Source of the DNA: Longimicrobiales bacterium
GTDB lineage: Bacteria > Gemmatimonadota > Gemmatimonadetes > Longimicrobiales > Gaopeijiaceae
Direction: 5' to 3'
DNA: 64,000 bases
Assembly (NCBI GenBank): GCA_965249725.1
Contig: CBDFMQ010000001.1
Location: forward strand, 1 to 64,000
Part shown: piece after piece, positions 28,169-38,255 of the stretch
Numbering within the stretch: the stretch's first letter is position 1
Layout: each line of letters starts with the position of its first letter
Translations under genes and position numbers: made by a program
Notes under the pieces: model-generated
The model's input: the letters and a program-made list of their open reading frames with translations, nothing else
The model's database searches: none
What the model was told of the DNA's origin: nothing

Positions 28169-29032
28169 ATGCGACCACTAACGACACCCCTCGTTCTATT
28201 GACGCTGCTCTTCGCGGCGCTTCCTGCCGGGGCATCTGCCCAGCAGGCGGACGACGACGCCTTCCTCCGGGTGCCGGTCCCGGAGGAGGGCGAGGACCGG
28301 ATCCACCGGCTGCGGACGCAGGTCCGTCACACGACGGTCATCGTGCTCCCCGCCGATGAGAACATCCTGGACTTCGTCGTCGGCGACTCGGAGTACTGGC
28401 ACCTGACCGGCGCGGCGAACGTCGCGTTCCTGAAGCCCCTCTCCCCGAACGCAGCGACGAACATCGCGCTCGTCTGCGAGTCGGGGCGCATCTACTCGTT
28501 CCTGGTGGCCGAGCAGAGCGACGGGCCACCCCATCTGGTCGTCCGCGTAGAGTCCGGAGCAGAGGCGGCGCGGCTCTCCGGAGGCAGCGGCCGTCCCGCG
28601 TTCGTCGCGCGTAGCGAGGTCGCGGCCTACCAGCAGATGGCCGCCGAGGCGGCCGAGGCGGCTCGCAGCGCCCGGGAGGCGGCCGAGGCCGGCATCCTGG
28701 AGGCCCGGTCGCAGGCCGAAGCGGCGATCGAGGAGTTCCGTGCCGGCTATCCGGAGCGTCTCGCGTTCGAGTACCGGCTCGACGGCGACGCGGCCCGGCG
28801 GCCATTCCTGGTCGAAGCGATGTGGCACGACGGGCAGTTCACCTACCTCCGGTCCCACGCGCAGGAGTCTCCGGCCCTCTATGAGCTCCGGGACGGCGAA
28901 CCGGCGCTCGTCGCTTACGACCTCAGTGAGGACGGCCTCTACATCGCCCGCCATGTGCTGGCCGACGGATGGCTCCAGATCGGCGACAAGCGGGCCAGCT
29001 GGCGGTTCACGCCACGGGAAGGCCTCAAGTGA
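28169..29032 (+). CDS. virB9: VirB9/TrbG-like outer core protein
   Basis: Signal peptide; TTVIVLP..E.I..VVGD...W; MWHDGQFTY. Confidence 0.85.
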   Translation: MRPLTTPLVLLTLLFAALPAGASAQQADDDAFLRVPVPEEGEDRIHRLRTQVRHTTVIVLPADENILDFVVGDSEYWHLTGAANVAFLKPLSPNAATNIALVCESGRIYSFLVAEQSDGPPHLVVRVESGAEAARLSGGSGRPAFVARSEVAAYQQMAAEAAEAARSAREAAEAGILEARSQAEAAIEEFRAGYPERLAFEYRLDGDAARRPFLVEAMWHDGQFTYLRSHAQESPALYELRDGEPALVAYDLSEDGLYIARHVLADGWLQIGDKRASWRFTPREGLK

Positions 29033-30303
29033 GCCGTTGGAAGCAGTGGGTCTCGCCTCCGGAAGGCGCGCTGCCGGGGGGCATCGTCACCAAGGCCGGC
29101 GTGGTGTTGATCGCCGTGCTCGTCGGCGGACTCCTCTTCTCGTGGGCGATGACGGGTCCCCAGGAAGCCGACACTCTCGTAGCCCTGCCCGAGGCGCAGG
29201 CGGTCGACGACGGGATGGGGAGGTCGCTCCAGAACCGCATTCGTGCGGAGGCCGAGCGGCAGACTCTGGAGGCCGCCGCCCGGGCGCGCGCCGAGCTCGA
29301 GCGCCGGCAGGCCGCGGCAGCCGAAGAGATGGCTTGGCTCCAGACCGAGTCGGAGACGCCGAACACTGCAGCCTTGATCCCAGGCGTGAGCGCGGCGGAG
29401 TCGGAGCTTAGGGAGGCGCTTCGCCTGGAGGAGCTGGAGCGGAGGACCCGCTCGCTCCGTGCCCTTCCCGTGGCTCAGTCGTACAGGGATCCGAACGCGA
29501 CCGCGGAGTCGTCCGAAGCCGGCACCGGCGATGCGGCCGACGCGGATGTGGCGCTTCTCGAGAACACGGTCCAAGCGGCTCTCGCCTCTTTCGAGCAGTC
29601 GCTCGGGGCGCTCGAGGGCGAACTGGCGGCGGAGCAGCTTCTCCTCGGGTCCCCGGGCATCGCTGCTGCTGCGGCGCCCGCGTCCGGGCCGCAAGCCTCC
29701 CGTCCGGCACCGGGACCGGTTCAACCCGGCCGGAGCGTCCGGCCCGCCGACCCGCCGGGTTGGGAGCGGATCCATGAGGGTTCGTTCCTCGAAGGGGTGC
29801 TCCTCACTCAGCTCTCGGGCGATTTCCCGGGACCGGTGCTCGCGACCGTCTCGGTCCCATTCTATTCGGCCGACCGCCAGCGGATCCTGATCCCGCGTGG
29901 CGCGCGCGTCGTCGGCACGGCCCGGGCCGTTCAGGACCCGGACCAGAGCCGGCTGGCCGTCGCCTTCCACCGGTTGCTCCTGCCCGACGGCAGCTGGATC
30001 GACCTCGAGTTCACGGGCCTGAACCAGGCGGGCGAGGGCGCCCTTCAGGACCAGGTCGATCGCCACTACTTCAGCACGTTCGCGGCGGCCGGAGCCGTCG
30101 GCGTCGTGAGCGGACTCGCCTTGGCCGGTGGCTCGCCGTTCGGCCTGAGGGCGGGCGTCGGTCAGGGACTCGGCCAGAGCGCGACCTCGGTTCTCGACCG
30201 GTTCCTGAACCGGCTACCCACTCTCACGATCCGCGCCGGCCATCGCCTGCGCATCTGGTTCACGTCCGATGTCCTGGTCCCGAGGGCCGGGACACGGCAA
30301 TGA
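29029..30303 (+). CDS. virB10: VirB10/TrbI-like protein
   Basis: N-terminal TM; EGSFLEGVL, LIPRGARVVG, NRLPTLTIRAG. Confidence 0.88.
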   Translation: MSRWKQWVSPPEGALPGGIVTKAGVVLIAVLVGGLLFSWAMTGPQEADTLVALPEAQAVDDGMGRSLQNRIRAEAERQTLEAAARARAELERRQAAAAEEMAWLQTESETPNTAALIPGVSAAESELREALRLEELERRTRSLRALPVAQSYRDPNATAESSEAGTGDAADADVALLENTVQAALASFEQSLGALEGELAAEQLLLGSPGIAAAAAPASGPQASRPAPGPVQPGRSVRPADPPGWERIHEGSFLEGVLLTQLSGDFPGPVLATVSVPFYSADRQRILIPRGARVVGTARAVQDPDQSRLAVAFHRLLLPDGSWIDLEFTGLNQAGEGALQDQVDRHYFSTFAAAGAVGVVSGLALAGGSPFGLRAGVGQGLGQSATSVLDRFLNRLPTLTIRAGHRLRIWFTSDVLVPRAGTRQ

Positions 30304-31229
30304 CAAACAAGGAGCTCATCATGCGTCACCGCACCCTTACCACCGTCCTCTTGGTCTCGGTCCTGATGCTCGCGAGCGCTGGGCCGGCCAACGCCCTCTT
30401 CGACATCGGCGGCGTGATCCAGCGTGCCCAGATGATCGTGAACCAAGCGACCCAGATCGCGAACCAGATCCGCCAGATGCGGACGATGACTCGCCAGCTC
30501 ACCGAGCTCGAGGAGCAGCTCGACTACATGAAGGACGTCGCGCGGGGCGAGGTGGACGCTTTGATCGAACCGTTCGCGGAGCTGTCGGCCGGATCCATCG
30601 GCCTCGTCGGCGACGGCCTCGGCTGGGGCTCCGACTTCAGCGGAGCAGCCGGCGAGCTGGTCGACGCGGTCCGTGACATGGGGAGCGGAAGCTCGTTCAC
30701 CGATGTCTGGCGGAGCGCCCAAGGGGTGGCCGACCAGGTGAGCGAGGCGGACATCCTCGAGCTGTTCCGTAACCGCCCGGCCGAGGCGTCGTCGCGCGCG
30801 GTTGAGGACTACCGCCAGGCCCGTGAGGCCGCCGACCGCCAGCGCGTGCTCGACTACGCGATGATGGACGCCGCGGCCTCGCTCGCCTCGACCGTCGAGA
30901 GCGCACAGGACTCGTTCGACGACCTGACCGCGAACGGCAATCTGTCGAATACGGCGCTCCAGCAGGCGCAAGTGGCTGCCGCGCTGACGCAGGGCCGGAT
31001 CGACGACGCCGTGGCGCAGGTGCTCGCCTATCAGGCTGTCGAGCAGGCGAACCGGATGCAGCAGGCCGAGATCGACCGGCTCGAGCGGCTCGCCGAGTGG
31101 AGGGACGCACGCCTCCGTACGAACGCGATGGCCGATGCGATGCGCACGGCCGCGTTCCAGAACCGCGACCGGCTCCGGGAGGGGCTCCTCTTCAAGATCC
31201 CTTCGTTCTACATGGGCGGCCAAGCCTAG
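30300..31229 (+). CDS. Secreted helical protein, VirB5/TrbJ-like (start may be 30321)
   Basis: Signal peptide, Gln-rich QIANQIRQ helices, position before VirB6. Confidence 0.65.
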   Translation: MTNKELIMRHRTLTTVLLVSVLMLASAGPANALFDIGGVIQRAQMIVNQATQIANQIRQMRTMTRQLTELEEQLDYMKDVARGEVDALIEPFAELSAGSIGLVGDGLGWGSDFSGAAGELVDAVRDMGSGSSFTDVWRSAQGVADQVSEADILELFRNRPAEASSRAVEDYRQAREAADRQRVLDYAMMDAAASLASTVESAQDSFDDLTANGNLSNTALQQAQVAAALTQGRIDDAVAQVLAYQAVEQANRMQQAEIDRLERLAEWRDARLRTNAMADAMRTAAFQNRDRLREGLLFKIPSFYMGGQA

Positions 31230-31247
31230 GCCCCGGGAGCGACTGTC

Positions 31248-32258
31248 ATGCAACTCGTGCCCCCCCAGTCCATCGATCCGAACGTCCCGGCCCAGATCCC
31301 CGCGGATCAGCTCCAGGACTTCAAGGGGTTCCTGGACATCGTGCTCGACACCGTGGTCGGTGGCGCCGCGCCCGACGTGCTGACGCTCGGCCACCAGCTG
31401 TGGGGCGGCCTCGCGGCGATCGTCGTCGCATGGAGCGGCCTCAAGATCGCGTTCAGCGGAACCTTCGAGCCCTGGTCCCTCGTGCGTGTCGTGCTCGGGA
31501 TCGCGATTCCGAGGACGCTGCTCCACTACTACAGCGTCCCGATCCCGGGCGTGGGCTTCACGTTCCCGGCCATGGTGGCGGCCGGAGGGATCTGGCTCCA
31601 GAACCTGTTCATCTCCGACGTCGTGTCCGTCGGCTACACGGAGATGACCGCGCTGGTGCAGGCGTTCGCCGCACGGCTCGGCGCGGCATGGTCGGGCGCG
31701 AGCCTGATGACCCTCATGACCGAGGGCGTGAACGTGTTCTTCTCGTCCCTCGTCGCGCTGATGATGGGCGTGCCGCTCGTGCTCGGCCTCGTCGCACTCT
31801 TCTGCCTGACCTACGCGCAGGTGATCTGGGCGCAGGTGGCGCTCGCGATCGTGATCCTGCTCGGGCCGGTGTTCATCCCCTGGCTGCTGTTCGAGCCGCT
31901 CGCGTTCCTGTTCTGGGGATGGTTCCGCACGCTCATGGTCTACACGCTCTACGGCGTCGTCGCCGGCGCGATCCTGAGGGTCTTCATGGGCGTGGGCATG
32001 GGCTACGTCACCACCTATACCGGCGCTCTGATGGGCACCGGCTCCTCCGACCCCGCCGAGCTCGGGCTGTGGGTCGTCGTCCTGCTCCCGCTCGTCGTCT
32101 CCGGCCTGATGGCCGGCATGAAGGTGGGCGAGCTCGCCGCGATGCTCGTCTCAGGTTCCGGATCCGTCGGGTCGGGCATGATGGCGCTCGTGGTCCGTGG
32201 CGGCGGGCGCCTCACCGCTGCCGCGAACCCGGCCCGCCCCCCAATTCCCGGAGGCTGA
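31248..32258 (+). CDS. virB6: VirB6/TrbL-like polytopic membrane protein
   Basis: Multiple TMs; LLGPVFIPWLLF...FWGW. Confidence 0.85.
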   Translation: MQLVPPQSIDPNVPAQIPADQLQDFKGFLDIVLDTVVGGAAPDVLTLGHQLWGGLAAIVVAWSGLKIAFSGTFEPWSLVRVVLGIAIPRTLLHYYSVPIPGVGFTFPAMVAAGGIWLQNLFISDVVSVGYTEMTALVQAFAARLGAAWSGASLMTLMTEGVNVFFSSLVALMMGVPLVLGLVALFCLTYAQVIWAQVALAIVILLGPVFIPWLLFEPLAFLFWGWFRTLMVYTLYGVVAGAILRVFMGVGMGYVTTYTGALMGTGSSDPAELGLWVVVLLPLVVSGLMAGMKVGELAAMLVSGSGSVGSGMMALVVRGGGRLTAAANPARPPIPGG

Positions 32259-32269
32259 AGGAGACGTCC

Positions 32270-32938
32270 ATGAACCGAGAACACGATGCCGGCCGCGAGT
32301 ACGCGGAGATCTGGGGTGAGACCGTGCAAGCGAACCGGAAGCTCAGGACGCTGGCGACCATCCTCGCCACCGCGTGCCTCGCGCTCGGCGTGCTCCTGCT
32401 CCGGGTCGCGACCGTCGAGCCGCCCAGGCCCATCGTCGTGCGGGTCGACGAGGTCGGCCGCGCCGAGGCCGTGGCCTACGAGGCCGCAACGGCGCAGGCG
32501 GATCCGCTCGATCCCACGACCAAGTACTTCCTGAACCGGTTCATCGCCGACTTCTATTCGCGGCGCCGGGCGACGGTCGAGGAGCACTGGACCCGGAGCC
32601 TCCGCTTCCTCTCGACCGAGCTGGCGAACGCCGCGTTCACGCGTGACGGCGCCGAGGTCGCCGCGATGGCGGCCGGCACCTCCGACACCGAGCTCCAGGT
32701 CGAGCAGGTCGTGCTCCGCATCCACCCCGCACCGGAGGCACCCCACGGCGCGACCGCCGACTTCGACCTGGTCCACCTCCGGCAAGGGCAGGAGACGCTG
32801 AGGGAGCGGTGGTCGATCACGCTCCGGTTCACCTTCCTCACCGTCATCCCCTCCCAGCTCGTCGTCTACAACCCGATGGGCATCCTGATCACTTACCTCC
32901 AGGCCGACCGGGCCCTGGTCACGGAGCCGCCCAGGTGA
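32270..32938 (+). CDS. virB8: VirB8/TrbF-like protein
   Basis: Single TM, PIVVRVDEVG, NPMGILIT (NPxG motif); RBS AGGAG. Confidence 0.88.
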   Translation: MNREHDAGREYAEIWGETVQANRKLRTLATILATACLALGVLLLRVATVEPPRPIVVRVDEVGRAEAVAYEAATAQADPLDPTTKYFLNRFIADFYSRRRATVEEHWTRSLRFLSTELANAAFTRDGAEVAAMAAGTSDTELQVEQVVLRIHPAPEAPHGATADFDLVHLRQGQETLRERWSITLRFTFLTVIPSQLVVYNPMGILITYLQADRALVTEPPR

Positions 32939-33870
32939 TCGCGCATCTGCGGGGACGGGAAGCGGCGCTCGAAGCGTTCGGCTGGACGGACCGCGAGGCG
33001 GAGTGGGTCGCCCTGGTCTGTCTCCACAGCGGCGTGTTCACCCGAGACCAGATCTCCGACTGGCTCGGGATCCACCGCCGCACCGCGCGCCGGTTCATCC
33101 GGGACATTTTGGACCAGAGGCTGGCGGCCATGGACAGGCTTGCGGGCCGGAGGGTCTGCCGGATCTCCGCGCGCGCAGTCTACCGGGCGCTCGGAGCCGA
33201 GGATGTCCGCCACCGCCGGATCGCCTCGGCCGAGGTGCTCCTGCGCCGCCTGCTCTCGCTCGACTACGTGATCGGGCACACCGGCCTGCCGTGGCTGCCC
33301 ACCGAACCGGAGAAGGTCGGCGCGTTCGAGGCGCTCGGGCTAGAGCGCAGCATCCTGCCCGTCCGGGTGTACCGGGGCGCCGCAGGCGAGACGCGGCGCT
33401 ACTTCCCCCTCAAACTGCCCGTCGCGCTTGACGGCCAGGGCGCGGTGTTCGTCTACGCCGATCCGGGCCACGAGACCGCCGCGGGGCTCCGCTCCTGGGG
33501 CCGCGCCCACCGGGAACTCTGGGGTGCGCTCAGGGAGCGGGGCCGACCGGTAGAGTCCGTCGCGGTCGTCCTGGGCGGCAGGGAGTTCGAGCGGGCGGAG
33601 AAGGTCCTCGGCAACTGGACCGCGCCGGCCCGGTCCCCCGGCCGGTCCAAAGCATCCGCGACCGGCCGTCGGATCCGCCGCGAAATCGACCGGATCGAAC
33701 AGGCCATCCGCGGCATGGACGAGAGCGTGATCCAAGCGTACGGCAGTCTCCAGGGCTGCCTGGCGCGGATCGTCGAACTCAGGGCCGCGCTCCCGACCGC
33801 GCCCTCGGAAACGATGATCGACGGCTTCACGGTCTGGCGTTCCCCCCGGCTTTCCGGGGGCCTGTTTTGA
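32935..33870 (+). CDS. Conserved-looking protein with N-terminal winged helix; candidate relaxase/relaxosome factor
   Basis: GTGA-coupled to virB8; LHSGVFTRDQI...HRRTARRF; lies directly before the structured spacer and coupling protein. Confidence 0.5.
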   Translation: MIAHLRGREAALEAFGWTDREAEWVALVCLHSGVFTRDQISDWLGIHRRTARRFIRDILDQRLAAMDRLAGRRVCRISARAVYRALGAEDVRHRRIASAEVLLRRLLSLDYVIGHTGLPWLPTEPEKVGAFEALGLERSILPVRVYRGAAGETRRYFPLKLPVALDGQGAVFVYADPGHETAAGLRSWGRAHRELWGALRERGRPVESVAVVLGGREFERAEKVLGNWTAPARSPGRSKASATGRRIRREIDRIEQAIRGMDESVIQAYGSLQGCLARIVELRAALPTAPSETMIDGFTVWRSPRLSGGLF

Positions 33871-33881
33871 GCGCCGCACGC

Positions 33882-34145
33882 GGGCGGCGATGCCGATCCG
33901 TGCGTGTCCGGTTCACTTCGCGGGTGACCGGACACGAAATCGCCGGTCGGACGGACACGGCATCGGCCGTCCAGGTCGCTGGCGCTCTTGCGGTTGCGCC
34001 ACGGCCAGCGGGGCGGCGTTGCCGATCCGCGTGCCTTGGCCGTGGCTGGGAGCGACCCCCCATCTCGGCATGCCTCGATCGGCATCGGGGAGGATGGCGA
34101 TGGGCATCCCCATCGTCCCCTCCGCTGCGGGGTCGCTCCCAGCCA
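33882..34145. promoter_or_regulatory. Highly structured intergenic region, candidate oriT
   Basis: 17-bp perfect inverted repeat, 13-bp bulged hairpin, 11-bp inverted repeat, 19-bp direct repeat. Confidence 0.5.
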
Positions 34146-34174
34146 GCAGTCCCTCCGGGAAGGGTGTCGGACCG

Positions 34175-36211
34175 ATGAGGCCCTGGACGCTGGTCATCAT
34201 CGGGGTGGCCCTGACGGCGGCCACGGTCCGCGCGTTCCTGGCGCCGTTTCCGGGCATCGGCGGGAACCCCGTGCTGGACCTGATCGCCTACCACGATCCG
34301 GGCCTACACACGGCGATCCACGTCTGGTACTACGCGGCGCCGGGCATCGCGTTGCTGCTCGCCGGCAGCGTCTGCCTCTCGGTCACGAGGGTCTGGCTCG
34401 AGCCGCGTACCCGGCGCGGCGCTCGCGGGAAGCTGCCCGCCTGGCCCACCTCGCCCGGCGACGAGGCGCCCTCGCTCGTCGTCGGCGAACTGCATCATCC
34501 GACCGTGCCGCGCGAGAGCGAGCGGCCCTCCTGGCTCGTCGTCCCCGAGAAGGGGCTCTACACCGGCGTCCTCATCGTGGGTGCCGTCGGCACCGGCAAG
34601 ACCACCGCCTGCATGTACCCCTTCGCCCAGCAACTGCTCTCCTGGCGGGCCGACGATCCTGGCCGCAGGGCGGGCGCGCTGGTGCTCGAAGTCAAGGGGG
34701 ATTTCTGCCACCAGGTCCGCGGCATCCTCGAGGACGCCGGCCGCGGGGACGACTACCTCGAAATCGGGCTCGACGGCTCCTGGCAGTGGAACCCGCTCGA
34801 CGATCCGCTGCTCGATTCCTACTCGCTGGCCTACGGCGTCGCGTCGCTCATCAACCAGCTCTTCGGCAAGAGTAGAGAACCGTTCTGGCAACAGGCGTAC
34901 ACGAACCTCGTGCGCTGGATCGTGGAGCTGCACCGGCTCCTGCCGGGGGGCTGGGTCACGCTCCGGGACATCTACCGCTGCACCGTGGACGCGGAGTTGT
35001 TCGCGGGGAAGATCGGCGAGGCCCGCGAGATGGCCGACAGGATCTCTCCGGTGGACGCCGTCATCTCCAGCGACGACATGATCGCCCATCCCAAGGCCCT
35101 CAAGAAGTGGGCATGGCGGCAGGTGCCCGGCACGGAGAGCGTGAGCTGCCGGCTCGATGCGGAGCTCGGAGCGCGGCTCGCCAAACTCGAGGTCGCGTAC
35201 GAAACGGAGCGGATGGGTGGCGCCGCGGGGATCGAACTCCGCGAGCAGGTCGAGGCCGTCGAACGATGGTACCTGCACGACTGGATGGCGCTCGACGCCA
35301 AGCTCCGCACCTCGATCGTCGAGGGCATCAGCGTCTTCCTCTCGCTCTTCGACCAGCCGGAGGTCGCCGGCGTGTTCTGTCCGCCGCCGCCGGCTGAGGA
35401 GCCGCCGACTGAAGCTACGCCGGCCGAGAACGACGACCCCGAAAGCGCTGGCCATCCCGTGCCCGGGCTGCGCCGCCGGATGCCGCCGCTCGCCGATCTG
35501 ATCGAAGACGGACGGGTCCTCGCGCTCCACATGCCCGCGGGCGCGAACCCGGCCTTGGCCCGCGCCATCGGCGTGCTGCTCAAGAACGCGTGGATGCAGG
35601 CGCTGCTCCGGCGGCCCGCCGAGGCCGCGCGCCGGCCCGAACGCTACCTGCGGCCCGCCGTGTTCATCTGCGACGAATACCAGGCGTTCGCCACCGTCGG
35701 GCAGGACGATCCGTCCGGCGACGAGAAGGCGTTCGCGCTCACGCGCCAGTGCCGCTGCATACCGATCGTGGCCACGCAGTCGATCTCCTCGCTCCGCTCC
35801 GTGCTGCCCTCGGGCGAGGCCTGGCGCACGCTCGTCCAGACGCTCCGCACCCGGATCTTCCTGTCGCTCTCCGATGAGGCGTCGGCACGGGTCGCGTCCG
35901 AGATGTGCGGCACCGTCATGAAGACGCAGGCCTCCTACACGTTCACCGAGAACACGGGCCGGCCCGAGTTCTCGCTCCTCTCCGGACGCGCCGGAGGCGG
36001 ACGCGGCACGATCGGCGCGAGCAAGTCGTTCCGCCAATCGAGGGAGCCGGTGTTCACGCCCCGCGAGTTCTCGCTGCTCGCCAACTACCAGGCGATCTGC
36101 CTGCCGTATGACGGGGTCGTGTCGCTCCCCGCACGGCGCGTCTACCTCAAGCCCCATTACCTGCCGAGGGAGACCGGCTACTGGCGGCTCCGCGAGGAGG
36201 GCCGGATATGA
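34175..36211 (+). CDS. Type IV coupling protein (VirD4/TraD-like)
   Basis: Two N-terminal TMs from MRPWTL; GAVGTGKT; FICDEYQ; IVATQS. Confidence 0.88.
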   Translation: MRPWTLVIIGVALTAATVRAFLAPFPGIGGNPVLDLIAYHDPGLHTAIHVWYYAAPGIALLLAGSVCLSVTRVWLEPRTRRGARGKLPAWPTSPGDEAPSLVVGELHHPTVPRESERPSWLVVPEKGLYTGVLIVGAVGTGKTTACMYPFAQQLLSWRADDPGRRAGALVLEVKGDFCHQVRGILEDAGRGDDYLEIGLDGSWQWNPLDDPLLDSYSLAYGVASLINQLFGKSREPFWQQAYTNLVRWIVELHRLLPGGWVTLRDIYRCTVDAELFAGKIGEAREMADRISPVDAVISSDDMIAHPKALKKWAWRQVPGTESVSCRLDAELGARLAKLEVAYETERMGGAAGIELREQVEAVERWYLHDWMALDAKLRTSIVEGISVFLSLFDQPEVAGVFCPPPPAEEPPTEATPAENDDPESAGHPVPGLRRRMPPLADLIEDGRVLALHMPAGANPALARAIGVLLKNAWMQALLRRPAEAARRPERYLRPAVFICDEYQAFATVGQDDPSGDEKAFALTRQCRCIPIVATQSISSLRSVLPSGEAWRTLVQTLRTRIFLSLSDEASARVASEMCGTVMKTQASYTFTENTGRPEFSLLSGRAGGGRGTIGASKSFRQSREPVFTPREFSLLANYQAICLPYDGVVSLPARRVYLKPHYLPRETGYWRLREEGRI

Positions 36212-37191
36212 AGCGCGCGAGCGGCGTCGGCCACCTCACTCCGTTCCTCCCGGGCCTTGGAGCCCTGCTCGATGACCCCGAAGTCTCCGAGATCATGATC
36301 AACGGACCCGCGAACGTCTGGGTCGAGCGGGCGGGGAAGCTCGAGCCCCACGAGGCACCCGGACTCACCGCCGCCTGGCTCCACCGCGCCGCGATCCACA
36401 TCGCCCGGCCGCTCGGGCTCGATCCCGCCGCGAGGCCCATCCTCGACGCCCGGCTCAGCGACGGATCCCGGGTCGCCATCTGCACCCCGCCCGCGGCGCC
36501 CGAGGTCGCCATCACCATCCGCCGGTTCGGGGGCCGGGCGTTCTCGCCCGAGGACTTGGTGCGCATGGGCTCGCTGCCGGAGGCGGTCCTCCGGTCCGCC
36601 CGCACCACGCTTGCGGCCCGCAGGAACATCCTCGTCTCCGGGGGGACGGGGTCGGGCAAGACCACGCTGCTGAACGCGCTGATCGAACTGCTCCCCGAGG
36701 ACGAGCGGATCGTCGCGATCGAGGACACGCTCGAGCTCAGGATCGACCGCGCGAACTGCGTCCGTTTCGAGGCCGGGGCCATCGGCTCGGAAGCACCCGT
36801 ATCGATCCGGGACCTGGTGCGCCACGCGCTCCGCCACCGGCCCGACCACATCGTCGTCGGCGAGGTGCGCGGCGCCGAGGCCGCCGATCTGCTCCAGGCG
36901 CTCAACACCGGCCACGGCGGCTCGCTCACCACCGTGCACGCCAACAACGCCCGCTCCGCGCTCTCGCGCCTCGCGAGCTGCGCCATGCAGGCCGAGGGCG
37001 CGCTCCCCTGGGAGGTCACCTGCCGGGGCGTCGTGGACGGGATCTCGCTCGTTGTCCACATGACCCGGCGAGGGGGCCGACGGTTCGTCGAGGAAGCGCT
37101 CCGTGTGAAGGGCTACGAGGCGGCCGCCAACCGCTGGCTCACCGAACCCGTCTGGAGGAAGGACGATGAAGAACCAACAGCCAAGGAGTGA
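36208..37191 (+). CDS. virB11: VirB11/CpaF family ATPase
   Basis: VSEIMING, GGTGSGKTT, IEDTLEL, RPDHIVVGEVRG, NTGHGG. Confidence 0.92.
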   Translation: MKRASGVGHLTPFLPGLGALLDDPEVSEIMINGPANVWVERAGKLEPHEAPGLTAAWLHRAAIHIARPLGLDPAARPILDARLSDGSRVAICTPPAAPEVAITIRRFGGRAFSPEDLVRMGSLPEAVLRSARTTLAARRNILVSGGTGSGKTTLLNALIELLPEDERIVAIEDTLELRIDRANCVRFEAGAIGSEAPVSIRDLVRHALRHRPDHIVVGEVRGAEAADLLQALNTGHGGSLTTVHANNARSALSRLASCAMQAEGALPWEVTCRGVVDGISLVVHMTRRGGRRFVEEALRVKGYEAAANRWLTEPVWRKDDEEPTAKE

Positions 37192-37195
37192 CGAC

Positions 37196-37396
37196 ATGGA
37201 AAGCGACGAGAAGATCGTCCGCGTCGAGACGCTCGACGACTTCGACCGGGAGCTCGGACGGGACGGGGGCGAGACCCTCCAGGTCCCGGCCTCATTGGCA
37301 GAAGAGTACGGCCTCTTCCCCGAGGACGTGGGGAGCGAGGGGGAGATCCGGGACGCCTCGGAGGATCCGCACGACCCCGAGGAGGAAGAGCTATGA
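37196..37396 (+). CDS. Small, very acidic protein (66 aa)
   Basis: RBS AAGGAG; 24 D/E versus 5 K/R; ATGA overlap with ardC. Confidence 0.7.
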   Translation: MESDEKIVRVETLDDFDRELGRDGGETLQVPASLAEEYGLFPEDVGSEGEIRDASEDPHDPEEEEL

Positions 37397-38148
37397 AACA
37401 CGACGAATACCACCGCCAGTTCGCCGATGCGATCATCGAGCAGATCCGCCAGGGCACCGCGCCGTGGCAGAAGCCCTGGGGGCCGGGCGAGCGCGTGCTC
37501 CCCACGAACGTCGATACCGGACGCTCCTACTCGGGAGGGAACAGCCTGCACCTTGCCGCCGTCCAGCAGGAGCGCGGCTACGGCGACGTGTGCTGGGGCA
37601 CCTACCGTCAGATCCAGGCCCGGGGCGGCCAAGTCAGAAAAGGCGAGCAGGGCACCCGCATCCTCTCATTCCAGGACCACCGGAGGATCGCCGTCACCGA
37701 CGAGCGCGGCCGGCCCGTCAGGGACAACGAAGGCAATCGCGTCTACCGCCACGAGCGGATGCGCGCGCCTGTCGTCCGGCAGTACAACGTCTTCAACGCC
37801 GAGCAGGCCGACGGGTTGCCCGCGCGGCCCGCGCCCGCTGCCGAACCGCTCTGGAGAGTCCACCAGCACGCCGAGAGGGTGCTGGAGGACAGCGGGGTCC
37901 CCGTCCGTCACGTGGCCGGCGACCGCGCGTTCTACTCGCTGAACAACGACGAGATCGTGCTCCCGGAGCGGGGACAGTTCCCCTCGGCCAACCACTACTA
38001 CCAGACCGCCCTGCACGAGCTGGGGCACAGCACCGGCCATCCCGAGCGGATGAACCGCGCAACGCTCACCCAAGGGATGAACGACGGGTTCGGCTCGCCG
38101 GCCTATGCGAAAGAGGAGCTACGCGCGGAGATCAGCGCCATGATGACC
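37393..38148 (+). CDS. ardC: ArdC-like ssDNA-binding/zincin antirestriction protein (3' truncated)
   Basis: APWQKPW, YSGGN, GTYRQ, VFNAEQ, LHELGHSTG, YAKEELRAE. Confidence 0.9.
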
Positions 38149-38255
38149 ATTATCCGGAGGATCGCTCGCGTGGTGTTGAGTTGGATCCTCAAGAAGATCT
38201 GACGACGGCCCGTCTCCACCTGCCACCTCGCGCGTCCCGCTATCGCTTTCCGATC

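Larger units (their letters stand above)
26323..38148 (+). mobile_element. Conjugative element (ICE or plasmid) transfer region
   Basis: Co-oriented virB-like genes, coupling protein and ArdC; both ends truncated. Confidence 0.9.

Noticed and set aside
33890..34174. 95-aa N-terminal extension of the coupling protein
   Set aside because: Low-complexity translation of a repeat-rich spacer; the TM-bearing start at 34175 is more plausible
38149..38202. ArdC C-terminus IIRRIARVVLSWILKKI
   Set aside because: Probably read-through across the junction into unrelated sequence
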